NCBI GenBank assembly: GCA_020137815.1
Contig: CM035353.1
Span: 3,720,001-3,784,000, forward strand
Direction of reading: 5' to 3'
DNA: 64,000 bases
From: Hormiphora californensis
Taxonomy: Eukaryota > Animalia > Ctenophora
The position numbers and the translations under genes are program-made. The number at the start of each line of letters is the position of its first letter. The stretch's first letter is position 1. This document shows, in pieces, positions 12,731 to 24,600 of the stretch. A model generated the notes under the pieces. That model had not been told where the DNA came from. It worked only from the letters and a program-made list of their open reading frames with translations, and ran no database searches.

Positions 12731-15700
12731 CTATACAAGTGGCACCGATCTGAAGACAACAGAAACATAAAGATCCGTTTCACCTTCCGACTTTTTAGTC
12801 AGACGAAGGGGCCTGTTTACCATTCGTACAGAATCCTGAAAATATCATGTTTTTAAACTATTATACCAAAAGTAATATGCTACTTATATGTATTTCACTT
12901 CATACATCATCAATACAATGTAGCTGCTTGGTCGCGGGGGAGGGACACATTTAAAGAATGGTCGAGTTGCAACTATGGGATCAATTCCGGTCTGGAGGTT
13001 GTAGATATGTAATGTAATTGAGAGTTTGCTGATATATTGCACCTATATACTATTTATAGCCCACGTACCGGCCCGAGGGTGAGTTTGAAACTTCCAATCG
13101 GATCATCACTATTGGGAAACACATCGGCATCATCAACTTTGAATATCAGCTCAGAACCGGTGAACCCGGAAGTCAATATCTCAATCCGTTCATTGAAAAT
13201 TGGGTTGCTGTCGTTAGGAATTTCTTTTGTCTTTAAAACCTGCAATATAGATCAGTTTATAGAAAGGCAATATCGGGTGACCGCGGTATTAATCGGGACC
13301 CGGTAAATCGGAGTCTGACTGTATAGTAGTGTCTGACTGTGGTCTGGAAACCCCTACTGCACGGAGCTTTTCTGAATCACCTCTTCGAGACGAATCCAAC
13401 GCAAACAGAATTAGCTTTCTATAGTCTAATTTTAAATAACTGTCGTTTTTTAGAGTCTTCAATTTTCTTAAAATGACCGGTTGTTGATGAGCTGGAGACT
13501 TAAAATTTGGAGGTTACGAAGATCTTGCTAAGTTCTTACGAACCTCCTCTATCTTATCAGGAACCGGAGATATGACAAATTTTGTTATTTTTGAGAAACG
13601 ACAGTTACTTAAAATCCGACTATATCTTATCGGGAAGTTTGGGCTTGAGCTCCTTCAATTCTAGTCATTTTTCGGTGCGCAGGCCAATCAGAGGCCTGAG
13701 GCCTTTATTTCGAAATCCAGACCTTTGATTGGCTCGCTCACCGAAAAAATGATCAAAAATGAAGGGGCCCAAGCCCAAACTTCCCGATAAGATAGAAAGC
13801 TTATTCCGGTTGCGTTGGATTCGTCTCGAAAAGGTGATTCAGAAAAGCTCCGTGCAGTAGGGGGTTTCCAGACCACAGTCAGACCCTACTGTAACAGTGC
13901 TGCTTGTAGTCAAATTACCGTAATGAAAATACAGTAAGGAGACGCGCACGGTGCATAACGCGCGGCAAAAAGTTCATGTGTCAGCACGTACTAGCGCCCT
14001 GATTGGTCACGGTTGCGCGTCGTCTTACTGTATCTTCGTTTTCCATTACCGTTTTCCCACTACAAGCGACCGTGTATAGCTAGTCGGACGAAAATTTTTT
14101 AAAGGTTCATCTGACGAAGATCATCATTACACAGTTTCTTCAGTATACCTCACCCAGGAACCGACCGACACAAGTAAACAACCAATCAGAACTGGTTATT
14201 TAGGTCACGTGACTGGTTATCAGCCAATCAGGGACCAGTATTTCCTGATTCGGTCGGTTCCTGACCTCACCTCTTTCCCGTTATAGTAGACAGTCACAAA
14301 GGGGTCCGATTTAGAGGAGGTATCTTTCGTAGGGACACCCGTGGCACCGTGCACGTGTACATACAAAACACCTAGGATATTATACAGAGGGAAAATTACA
14401 GTTTCTAGTTTAATCAATTGAATAGACCCTTAATCAATCAATTTTGGCAGAGCTGATTTTGAGTAGTACCAGTGTTAAGATTTTGGTTGGTTCCATCGCA
14501 GCCCGTAAATGTTGTTTTGTAGTCTGATACTGCTGAACCTTCTTGCTTTAGTGCTATTAGAGGCAGTAGGTATGCCTTAATTTCTACCTCTACCTACAAT
14601 ACATAATCAATTAATATTTTATAGAAATACTATAAATATTCATTGGTTAGTCATGATGGCGATTTAGATTGATTATAGCATGATATAGATATAGGTTATT
14701 ATTGCCTAGCTAGACTCTGTTTCGTGCGCCCCGCCCGCGAAACACAAAAGTAAAGAAGGGTTAGAACATAACAAGGATATTAATTAGAATTGTACCTTGA
14801 CATTCTGCTCATCGTTCTCGAAAGATTCGTAGATCGATGGAAGAGAGAACTCCATGTCAGACAGATCAACCTTCAAAGCAGCATACTGGATGTCTTTGAA
14901 AATAAGCCGGCTTTTCCAAACTCGGGCAACCAGCTGAAAAGAGAGAAAAATTAAGATAACAAAGATAACAAAGAAATATAGAAATCAAATTGATAACTAA
15001 TTGATAACTAATTTATATCTTAAGTTGATAACTAATTGCTATAATTACTTCTTGATCATCGAATGAGGAGACGGTACTGTTGTGAGTAAAGGTACGGGGA
15101 TCAGCCCGTAAATCGAATGATTCAGTTTTTTCTTGCCCTTCCACATCAACCGATACTTCCAAATCAGTCTTATCTGCAAGGAGAGAGATTAATTATTAAA
15201 ACTATCTTTAGGGCTGTTTAAAAGTGATACCAATCGGTTCGTGAACTTATCAGCTCTACATTAGATATAGATAGAGATTCTATAAACACCGTGCAGCGCA
15301 CCTCGATTATTATTATACCAGCTGTTTTCCCCGTCATAGAGTCGACAGTTATAAACCACCCGCCTGCTGATATTTGTAGACTGCGGGAAATATCAGCAGG
15401 GGGTATACTGTCATCGTATATCAGATAATTCATCCCTCTCCTTTCAGTGCCCATTCACACCTTTCATAATTCCCGGGGTCGGTTTATAACAGATACCCCC
15501 GGCTAGTAAAGTGATGAAATTTGATAATTCCCTACGGTGATTATCACATGTTATTCCCCTCGTCGCTTCGCTCCTCGTGGATAACGATATTGATGTACCA
15601 GCCTGTCAAGCTGGTATATCAGATCTCATCCCTCTACTATAGCCGCGGTATATTATAAATCGAGGCAATATTGATTCCACTATAATCTAATACAGTCGGA

Positions 15701-17244
15701 TCCCGATTTAACGGGTCATACTCGGGGGAAAGGGTCCGATAAATCGGGGCCCGATTGCCTATACTACCTGTGGTGTCCTCTCTAATCCTCGTGAGTTTGA
15801 TGACAGTAGTTATCACCCCTGCCATGAGCTCACTGTCACGAGGCATCATGACCACCTCCACCCCTCTACCTGCTCCCAGTCCGCTTGTGTCAAGGTACAA
15901 CCGACCAGGATACACCAATTCTGTAGAAATTAGGAGTAATTATGATATTAATTGATTAATTAATTAACTAATTAACTTCATCCAGAACTAGTTGGCAAAA
16001 TTGAGACAAGGTTTACTTACGTTGAACAATGATATTCTCGATCGCGTTTGCTATCAGCTTATCAACTCCAAGGGTATCAATGTCGATCAAATCCAGCAGT
16101 TCAACATTAAACTTCAAATCGGGCCTTTCTGTCATAGTGACGCACACACTTTTGATGCCAGGGAAGGGAACCTTGTCGGAGAAAAGGGCCGTGATTCGGA
16201 CTGAAGCGTGAATTCCTATCTTCTGGAGGGCGGCAGTCATCTTGGGAAGCAGGGATATGTCAATACCCATCTTGAACTCAAAGTCAGGGGCGTCAATTGA
16301 GAAAATGGCATCAATGATAATCTTTTTTTGTTTCCCCGACACCATCCTGCAGTTAGGCTCCACCACTTTAGTTTTTATCCCCTAGGCAAACAAAATATCA
16401 CGTTATAATGAATATTGATTGAATTTGAATGTACGGTCTTCCTGGAGCGTCTGAAGTAACACGTTCTGTATAAACTGATTGGTGGGTGGCCTTGCTACGG
16501 TGGAGTGGTCGACGTACTGGGGTGCAAGGTGGAAATGTGTATGACGCAGTGCGGCCTCTACTACTTTCGGATAGGGAATCCTCCAGACGCAGCAATCACA
16601 AACAAACAAACAAACAAACAATGAATATTTAATTGCTCCTGAAGATATACATAATATGAAAGCATGCGATAGGAATGTATCGGTCAATGTAAATTAATTC
16701 CGTTTAGTTTACCTTAATCTTCGGAGTATCTGAACCAAAGGTGCATTCCTCTAGCGTGATCTTTTCTGAAAGGACGATAGGATGAGGGTTTAACTTTATG
16801 TCATGTATATTTGCTTATCAAATATGTTCTTTCTCGCGGCACTGCACAACCCGTTTTAGTTCTCAGATGCCGGATGGGCGCTGCCAGAAAAGTAATTTCC
16901 ATGATCAATAATCATCATATATGCATATTATAATTATAAATTATCATATTCAATTCAATGAATGTATAATTGTATTGTTGGTATAAAAGTGTAAATTTAC
17001 CGATAATGGCTGGTGTTGCTTTGTTCAATTCCCTTTCCAGTACTTTTTTAACTTCCTCGTGAACCTGTTATAAGGGATCACGTATCGTTATTAATTATAA
17101 TTATTAATTAACTAATTAATTAGTTGATTTATACAAATTACAAACGCATACCTTTTCATTGTTAACACTATACCACGATGAAATTATGTCATTTAGCCAG
17201 GACATATCTGCATATCCCTCTTGGTCCGTTGTAATGGCAGACAT
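12731..17244 (-). CDS. SMP + C2 domain protein, extended-synaptotagmin/tricalbin-like; about 10 exons
   Basis: SMP-like peptides SWLNDIISSWY, ITLEECTFGSDTPKIKGIK, ERPDLKFNVELLD; C2 peptides GVLYVHVHGATGVPTKDTSSKSDPFV, NPIFNE, VDDADVFPNSDDPIG; last exon ends VFRSVPLV* at 12731. Start uncertain. Confidence 0.8.
13325..13891. mobile_element. TA-flanked MITE in an intron
   Basis: ~95-bp TIR ..GTCTGACTGTGGTCTGGAAACCCC..TACTGCACGGAGC mirrored. Confidence 0.75.
13895..14074. mobile_element. ~180-bp MITE family; also 36535-36717 and 41829-42009 (inverted)
   Basis: Three near-identical copies with CACGG/CACTG-type ends; 3-bp TSD in two (TTA, AAC). Confidence 0.75.
14155..14263. mobile_element. ~109-bp hAT-like MITE; copies at 21054-21162, 33887-33992, 46113-46221 and partial ~49180-49273
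   Basis: TIR CAGGAACCGACCGA; 8-bp TSD ACCTCACC here and ACCCATAC at 21046/21163. Confidence 0.85.
16432..16620 (+). mobile_element. Short 3' fragment of an (AAAC)n-tailed retroposon, same family as the 3' end of 27091-28794
   Basis: Matches 28621-28794; (AAAC)n tail. Confidence 0.7.
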
Positions 17245-18432
17245 ATCACACCCCTCCACCTTCTAATAAAAAGTACATTTATACCACGTAATTTTATATT
17301 ATATTTATATTACCTATCAATATTTACTTCACACTTAATTCACAAAATTACTTCACACATAATGTGGTAATAATTTTACAAAGCGTTTCATGATTGGTTA
17401 AATTACGGATCGAAATGACGAAATAATCACTGATATTGATTTAGTGATAGTTGGGATCATCAGAGTACTGTATCATATCTATACCTCGAGAAATGCAAAG
17501 CCATGACAGAGAATAAGAAACGACAGCACAAGAACCATGGTACGAAATATATTTGGGTTAAATTACACCCGAAAACATGAGATATAACTAAAATTCGAGC
17601 TGCCGAGAAGCTGTAGGTTCTGCGTGTTGCAAAGGTGCCAGGTGATAAGATTAGTTGATACACATTACACGCAGAAATTTAAACTTATATCGGTCATAAA
17701 AGATCAGATTGTGCAACTTAATCAATATCCAGCTCCTGGAATAGTCCATCAAGATCCGTTCGTAGCCCGGGCCTGTCCCTAACTAAAACCAAGCTGTTAC
17801 CTTGAAATATTATTTAATACATCAAATAAATTATAGATCAGTTTGACACCTGCACCTCGCAAAGTGCAACAGCTGTGTACAATTTAAATGTAGTGTATTG
17901 GCCGAGACATGTGCCCCCATTCTTGTACTCATAAAACAAATGCTGTGAGATCTCATGGTGTACCTATGTGTAAGCTCATTATAAGCCCCACAAAAAATAA
18001 AATATGTTTTCGAGTAGCTCTCACACAACGTAAAATTTCGATGAACTTGAAGCCTGATCGAGAAATGAGGCTGATCGTCATAAAAATTTGGTCCATTTCT
18101 TTTCATCGATGTCATCGATTCGATGGTTGAGACATATACATTATATATACAGTATATATTATGAGACGGCACATCTGAAATTGACATCTAGATTCTAGCT
18201 GCAGCTGTTAATACATTATCACTGCATATAGATCTTGTTGTTACTCAACAATGCATATAGATATTGTTGTTCTGTGTTCATGTTATATAGATCTGCTTTG
18301 CAAAAGGGCACAGTACAGTGTGGGCAATGGGCATCAACGAGTACTGCACCCAAGTGGTGAATAACATTTGGAGCAACAGTGTACTGCACTGTATATAGAA
18401 CAATGCAGAGCTACATGTACTGGAATGTATTA

Positions 18433-19735
18433 ATGAGGTATAAACTCTGGCCACTGGCGCGTTATTTCAGATAACTTTCTCCCAGCGCGCCGCTGGGAGA
18501 AGTTAGCTGAAGTTTATCCGCCGCTGGCGGATAAATGAGGTATAAACTCTTGCCAGTGGCGCGTTATTTCAGATACCTTTCTCCCAGCGCGCCGCTGGGA
18601 GAAGGTAGCTGTAGTTTATCCGCCACTGGCGGATAAACTGGTTTAAATGACGACGACGATCCCGAGGCGTAGCCGAGGGAGAGGCGGAGGGGTTTAAACC
18701 TATAACGCGTCTGTGGCAAGAGTTTATAGGTTATATACCCTGCTTTAGTTGTTTGTTACAAGTATTACACACCAACAAGAGAGAGAACACTAATCAAAAC
18801 ACACAAAGAGAACTGAGAAACAGTCAAAAACATCTCTCAATTGAGTGTACATTGTTTGGTAACAGTTACTAAGGAGAGAGAGAAAGAAATAACAAGATAT
18901 GGGGCATGCCAGACATAACACAGAGGAATTGAGATAGTGAAACAAAAGGGAAGATAAAGAGAGAGTAATTGGCGGAATGTGTTGTTTCTTTCTCTCCAAT
19001 TTAGTGTGTAACTCTTCCAAACAGTGTTCCCTCTCTATTTCAGTAAGAACTGATCATTTACACACACTTTGAATGTAACATAGGAGTTAAAAATAAATAA
19101 CCTGCCAGTGGGAAATAATCTGCCGCTGGACTGGCTGGTTATCGAGAGCGCGCTAGTGGGACTGGCGCATTATTTAAGTTAGCAGGGTATATACTGGTTT
19201 AAATCACGACGACGATCCCGAGGGAGAGGCGGAGGGGTTTAAACCTATAACGTGCCAGTGGTCACAGTTTATAGGTTATATACCCTGCTTTAGTTGTTTA
19301 TTTCAAGTATTACACACCAACAAGAGAGAGAACACTAATAAAAACACTCAAAGAGGACTGAGAAATAGTTAAAAAACCTCACAATTGAGTGTACACTGTT
19401 TGGTAACAGTTACTAAGCAGTTGCTAAGGAAAGAGAGTGAAAGAAATAGCCTGATAAGGGGCATGTCACACATAACACAGAGGAAGAGATAGTGAGACAA
19501 AGGGGAGATAAAGAGAGAGTAATTGACGGAATGTGTCCTTTCTTTCTCTCCAATGTAGTGTGTAAGTGTTGCACATAGTGTCCCCTCTGTATTTTAGTAA
19601 GAACTGATCATTTACACACACTTTGAATGTTCAAAATAAATAACCTACCAGTGGGAAATAATCTGCCGCTGGACTGGCTGTTTATTGAGAGCGCGCTAGT
19701 GGGACTGGCGGGTTATTTAAGTTAAGCAGGGTATA
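18433..19735. repeat. Tandem direct repeats (~101 bp x2 and ~550 bp x2) of a hairpin-bearing element, possibly Crypton-like
   Basis: 18433-18637 duplicated; 18638-19192 resembles 19194-19735; CCGAGGCGTAGCCGAGG motif. Family call tentative. Confidence 0.7.
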
Positions 19736-21610
19736 TATCACTATAGACAATGGAACAGGGAAATGACAGAGAGACAGTGGATGTGATCCTGGTAAAAGAA
19801 CAGAAAAATGTGGCAGTGACTGTCTGGCGCCGCGACCCATCTGAGCGCACTGTGAGAATCAAATGGGGTATGGCGCCGCCATACATACATACAGGGCAGT
19901 GACAATGCATGAATTGAGAACTCATTACAATTTTAATTACTGTTCTCTTTTCGGCAATGACAAGAAACGAACAGTGACAATGACATTGACAAGTAAAGGC
20001 CAAAGGGTTGTTCATGATGTGCTACAAATGTTAGTGAGCGTGTGGAACAGATGGTGCGAGGCTCCAAGTTAGCAGCACTCTCGTGGCAGGTGCGTGTGCC
20101 TCCTAGGGGATAATTGGTCTCACAAGGGGGGGGGGGAAGAGAGGAGAGAGAAAAGGGAGAGAGAGGAGAAAAGAAAATAAAGAGGAGATAGCGAAAGAAG
20201 AGCTCCGGCTTTTCCCCCGGGGCCAAGCTGGCCCGGGAAATCTCTCTCTCTCGCTCCTTCCCCCTTTCCCCCCTCTTCTCGCTCTCTCCCCTTCTCTCTC
20301 TCTCTCTCTCTCGTCTCAAATTCTTCATAAATGGGAAAAAAATTAAAAAACAAATTAGGTCAATTGGGGACCTTCGTTCCCAATCCCAAAATATTAAGCC
20401 TTCCTGAGTACTCAATGATTTTGGAAATGCTACAGGACGGTCCCAATCTCGCCGTGCCCGTGTTACAAATATTGCGATAGACAGAAAGGAGTGGTAATTG
20501 CTGACAGTCAGTAGGCTGACGACGCTGAGAATGAGGATCCAACTAAGTATGATGTGCCTGACGAACGGGGTCTGGCCAGACATGTCATATAAAACCCCTG
20601 GATAAAATTTTTTAAAAACCCCCCGGGTTTTTCCCCCCAGTTTTCGTCCCCCTCCAGTCGTTTGAAATGAATTTAAGCAAGCTCTTTAGCCCTTGCCGGT
20701 TTGAATACCCACTCCCCGGCAGTGATGTTTAATTCCAGGGGGCGCGCAAAACCCTCCTAATTGAAAAGGGCGGGGGCCCCCAAAACGTTTAAAGGGATTG
20801 GTTTTCCCCAAAAATGACCGGCGGAAAAAAACGAAGTGAGGGCAGAGGTGGGGGGCCGTGATCTGATCTAAAATTTGTCACTGAAACCCTAATAGGGTTT
20901 TTATTTGGGTTTTTCTCCGCCAGCCAATTCCCAGCCTGTAAACACATTAATTTCGGTAACAGAAGAATACAAATAAATAAATAAAGACACTCACACTACT
21001 CGATACCAGATCGAAGATACTAATTTCAATACACTTAGATATAATACCCATACTAGGAACCGACCGAAACAAGTAAACAACCAATCAGAACTTGTTATTT
21101 AGGTCATGTGACTGGCTATCAGCCAATCAGGGACCAGTATTTCCTGATTCGGTCGGTTCCTGACCCATACATAGTCCTACATTTTCAGCAAACAAAAAAC
21201 AATTGAGAACCTTCATTAGCCCTTACACACACGACCCAGATCACATTACACACAAAGAACAAACATTTTTTATCACATGCAAAATCTTTGTCTTGCTCGA
21301 CCCTTTTTTCCTTTACAAATGTAAAGGAGGGTTAGGACATAACAACAAAATCTAGTAAACTTCAAATCAAGTCTTGTTGAGATGAACACTTTCTGAAATC
21401 TAGAAAACATCTTAAAAAATACCACGCATCTCTCATACGCAGAAACAGAAACATATATCATAATAGCACACATCTTCCACAGGCCCCATCTTCTCTACTT
21501 TACTATAGTTCATACACATACTCTTTAGTGTTAACCATAGGAAAAATATCAGCTCTTAAAAATCTAAAAGCCGTAGTGTTGAAGCAATATGGTATGTCTA
21601 TTGTCTCTCT

Positions 21611-24600
21611 CTACATGATAAGTCTCTCGTCGTCATCCCCAGCAACAATGTTCAGAACCCCGTTCCGCATCACGTTACTACCCATGTTATCGCTCCTCAC
21701 TCCATCCTGACGGGGGGGGGGGGGGGGTGTTATATGATTAGTGCATTATATATCTGTTCCTTTTGACTAAATTGTTAGGAACAATATTTTTGGTTTACAG
21801 TTCAATGACCGACGGTGCAAACCATTGAATTGGTTTTGATTTGAACGTTGCGAGATGCAATGGACCATTGCATCTCGCAATGCCAATGGTGTTTGGGGGA
21901 GAAGAGTTATTTAATCTAGAGTAACTCTTCTCCCCCAAACTTAAATAACTGTTAATTAATCGGTTTGTTGTTTTAGAAAACTATTCTCTCTGGTATCTCT
22001 ATTATTCTACTTACAATTGTGGCATCTTCCCCTCGGCATTTCTTGAACGTGTTTCCACATGCTTCACCCATCTGCAAGATTTCTATGTTATTTTTTTGAA
22101 TATTTCTAGTAAACGGGGGCGGGGGGGGGGGGGGGGTAAACACAGTCCCTATATTCTAAGCTTGTACAAGTTTCACGTCTGTTGTGTGACACATCTTTCA
22201 TAAAGAACAAAATATACAGGTTTCATGAGTCATATAACGTCAACTGTCCCGGGAACTATGCCAGGGGAAGGAGGAATTTATGCCACTCTACTTACATCTT
22301 TCCAGAATTTGAGGTTTGGTATCTGTTCAATACCCCGAGCTCCTAGGACAAATCTCTTGTAACCAATTCCTAGGGCCAGGTAGACAACCACAATAACTAC
22401 AAACCTGGGGAAAACGGTGTTATGATTGGGATGTTAGAGTTGGGATGTTAGGGTTGGGATGTTAGAGTTGGGATGTTATGATTGGGATATTAGGGTTGGG
22501 ATGTTAGGGTTGGGATGTTAGGGTTGGGATGTTAGGGTTGGGATGTTATGATTGGGATGTTAGAGTTGGGATGTCAGGGTTGGGATGTTAGAGTTGTGAT
22601 GTCAGAGTTGGGGTGTTAGAGTTGGGATGTTTGGGTTGGGATGTTAGGGTTGGGATGTTAGGGTTGGGATGTTAGGGTTGGGATGTTATGATTGGGATGT
22701 TAGGGTTGAGATGTTAGAGTTGGGATGCAGATGTCAGGATCATCTCGCTTCCTAATTAGGGAGTGGAGTTTATTGTTTTAGATTCAAATTATAGATCTGA
22801 CAAATGTCAAATGTGTGTGATTGGGGAACTAGAATGGACATTATATTGACATTGTTTGCCCTAAAAGTATTAGAAAGTAGATTGTCATATAATTTGTGGT
22901 TTGGACACTGGGTTAAGATTTAAGGATTAGGACATTAGAAAAGGTTGCATTACTACAACTGATGAAAGAAAAAGGTGTATTCGCATCAGTGTCTACAGGA
23001 AGCTGCAGAATAGTGTGTAAACGGGGGGGGGGGGGGGGGGGGTGTAAACGTGTAATCGAAACCCTACAAACTATTCCTTGAGTAAAACAGGGGGGGGGGG
23101 GATAAAACTCGGCAAAACGTTCTCACATGTTATATTTGTGCTTGAATTGCACACACAAATCCCCGTAAAGACGTTCAATCAGCTCCCACAGTACCTTGGC
23201 TGAAAATAACCCCGCCTGACCCCCCCCCAGCGAGGATAGCATAATACTACCAATTTCCCTAATCAGATGTAGTAGGTACCACCCATTACAATATTGTTTT
23301 GTTCAAATAGGTACCACCCATTGTTCAAATATAGGGTGAGGTAAGGCAATTATAATACCTTTCTCTATTCTTCAACACCCTCTCTCTCTCTCCTAACTCC
23401 ACATCCATCAAGTGGTCGTTGTTTATAATTACTCGCAACCATCACCGGTGAGATGCCTAATGATGTTTATCTATTTAGAAAATTAACTACTAGAATATCA
23501 GCTGCCTTTATGCCACGTAGGCACGAAGATCTATGATGGCTAGTAAAGTATATCAGTAAACTTCGCCTGCCCATTCATCATTCTCAACAGCTCGTAGAGA
23601 CTATAAATATATCTAAAAAGCTCTCAGGATATATCCACGTGATAAGCGTCGTTTAAGTGCCTGCACATACCATTTATTGACCTGTTGTAAGCTCTAGACA
23701 CTGTTTTCTAAAACTCATTTGCCACTCATCTCTTATTGAACCCTCTCTCTCCTAATCTAACCCCCCTGGTTCATAAACAACTAGTCTTTAGCACTACCCA
23801 AGCACCGGTAAAACGCCTAATGACATTTCCCTATTATATTTAGAAGCAAAACTATTATAGTGTTCAGCAGCTGCCATTCAGTCCTCAGGTGAGCTCTAAT
23901 TCCTATTCAATTAGTCTCTTGGTAGTTCACTATAAAACAATGACATTCTAGAGCCGCTACCAAAAGTCATATTGTTGTGACAGCTGCCTGTTCGCCTAAC
24001 AAACCTTGTTAACAGAAACCCAGTATCATCTAATTTGAACGAGAATTGTAGATCTGTAGTATCTGAGAATTAGATCTCCGGTACATATATGTTCACGTTC
24101 TGTGGTCATTCCTTTAACAGTTCATACTGTCTTCGGGACAACCTGTACTTTATACTTTACCTCTTCAAAATCTTTCGTGTATCTTCGGATTCCAACCTTT
24201 TGCCAAAAAATATATTATAATGCATCCAGATATTAACTTAATTTTTGTGTTGCTGATTCTAACTACAGTCGGACCCCGATTTAGTGGCCCCCGATTTAGT
24301 GGCACCCCGATTTAGTGGCAGGATTTTTCCCGTGCCACTAAATCGGGGTCCGACTGTAATGTAACTATATTATTTCGCCCTCACAGCTATGTTTTGCATT
24401 GTCCTTGTCCTTTTGATAATGGGGACCACGAATGCTACATCACTGGGCAAGATAGTGCTGATAAACCCAACTCAGAGATCAATCAGCGGTGCTAGGGATG
24501 CATCAAAAGCTATAGATGGTGACGTGGGAACTGAGTACCATTCTTACTATCCAACTTCATCCACTGAGGAATGGATAAAGTTTGATTTACAGGACCCGTC

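Noticed and set aside
19933-20900. 216-aa minus-strand ORF
   Set aside because: Crosses low-complexity, homopolymer-rich sequence; no recognisable domain.
22418-22726. True telomere or chromosome-fusion scar
   Set aside because: The unit is 13-14 bp rather than pure TTAGGG, has one orientation only, and is intronic.
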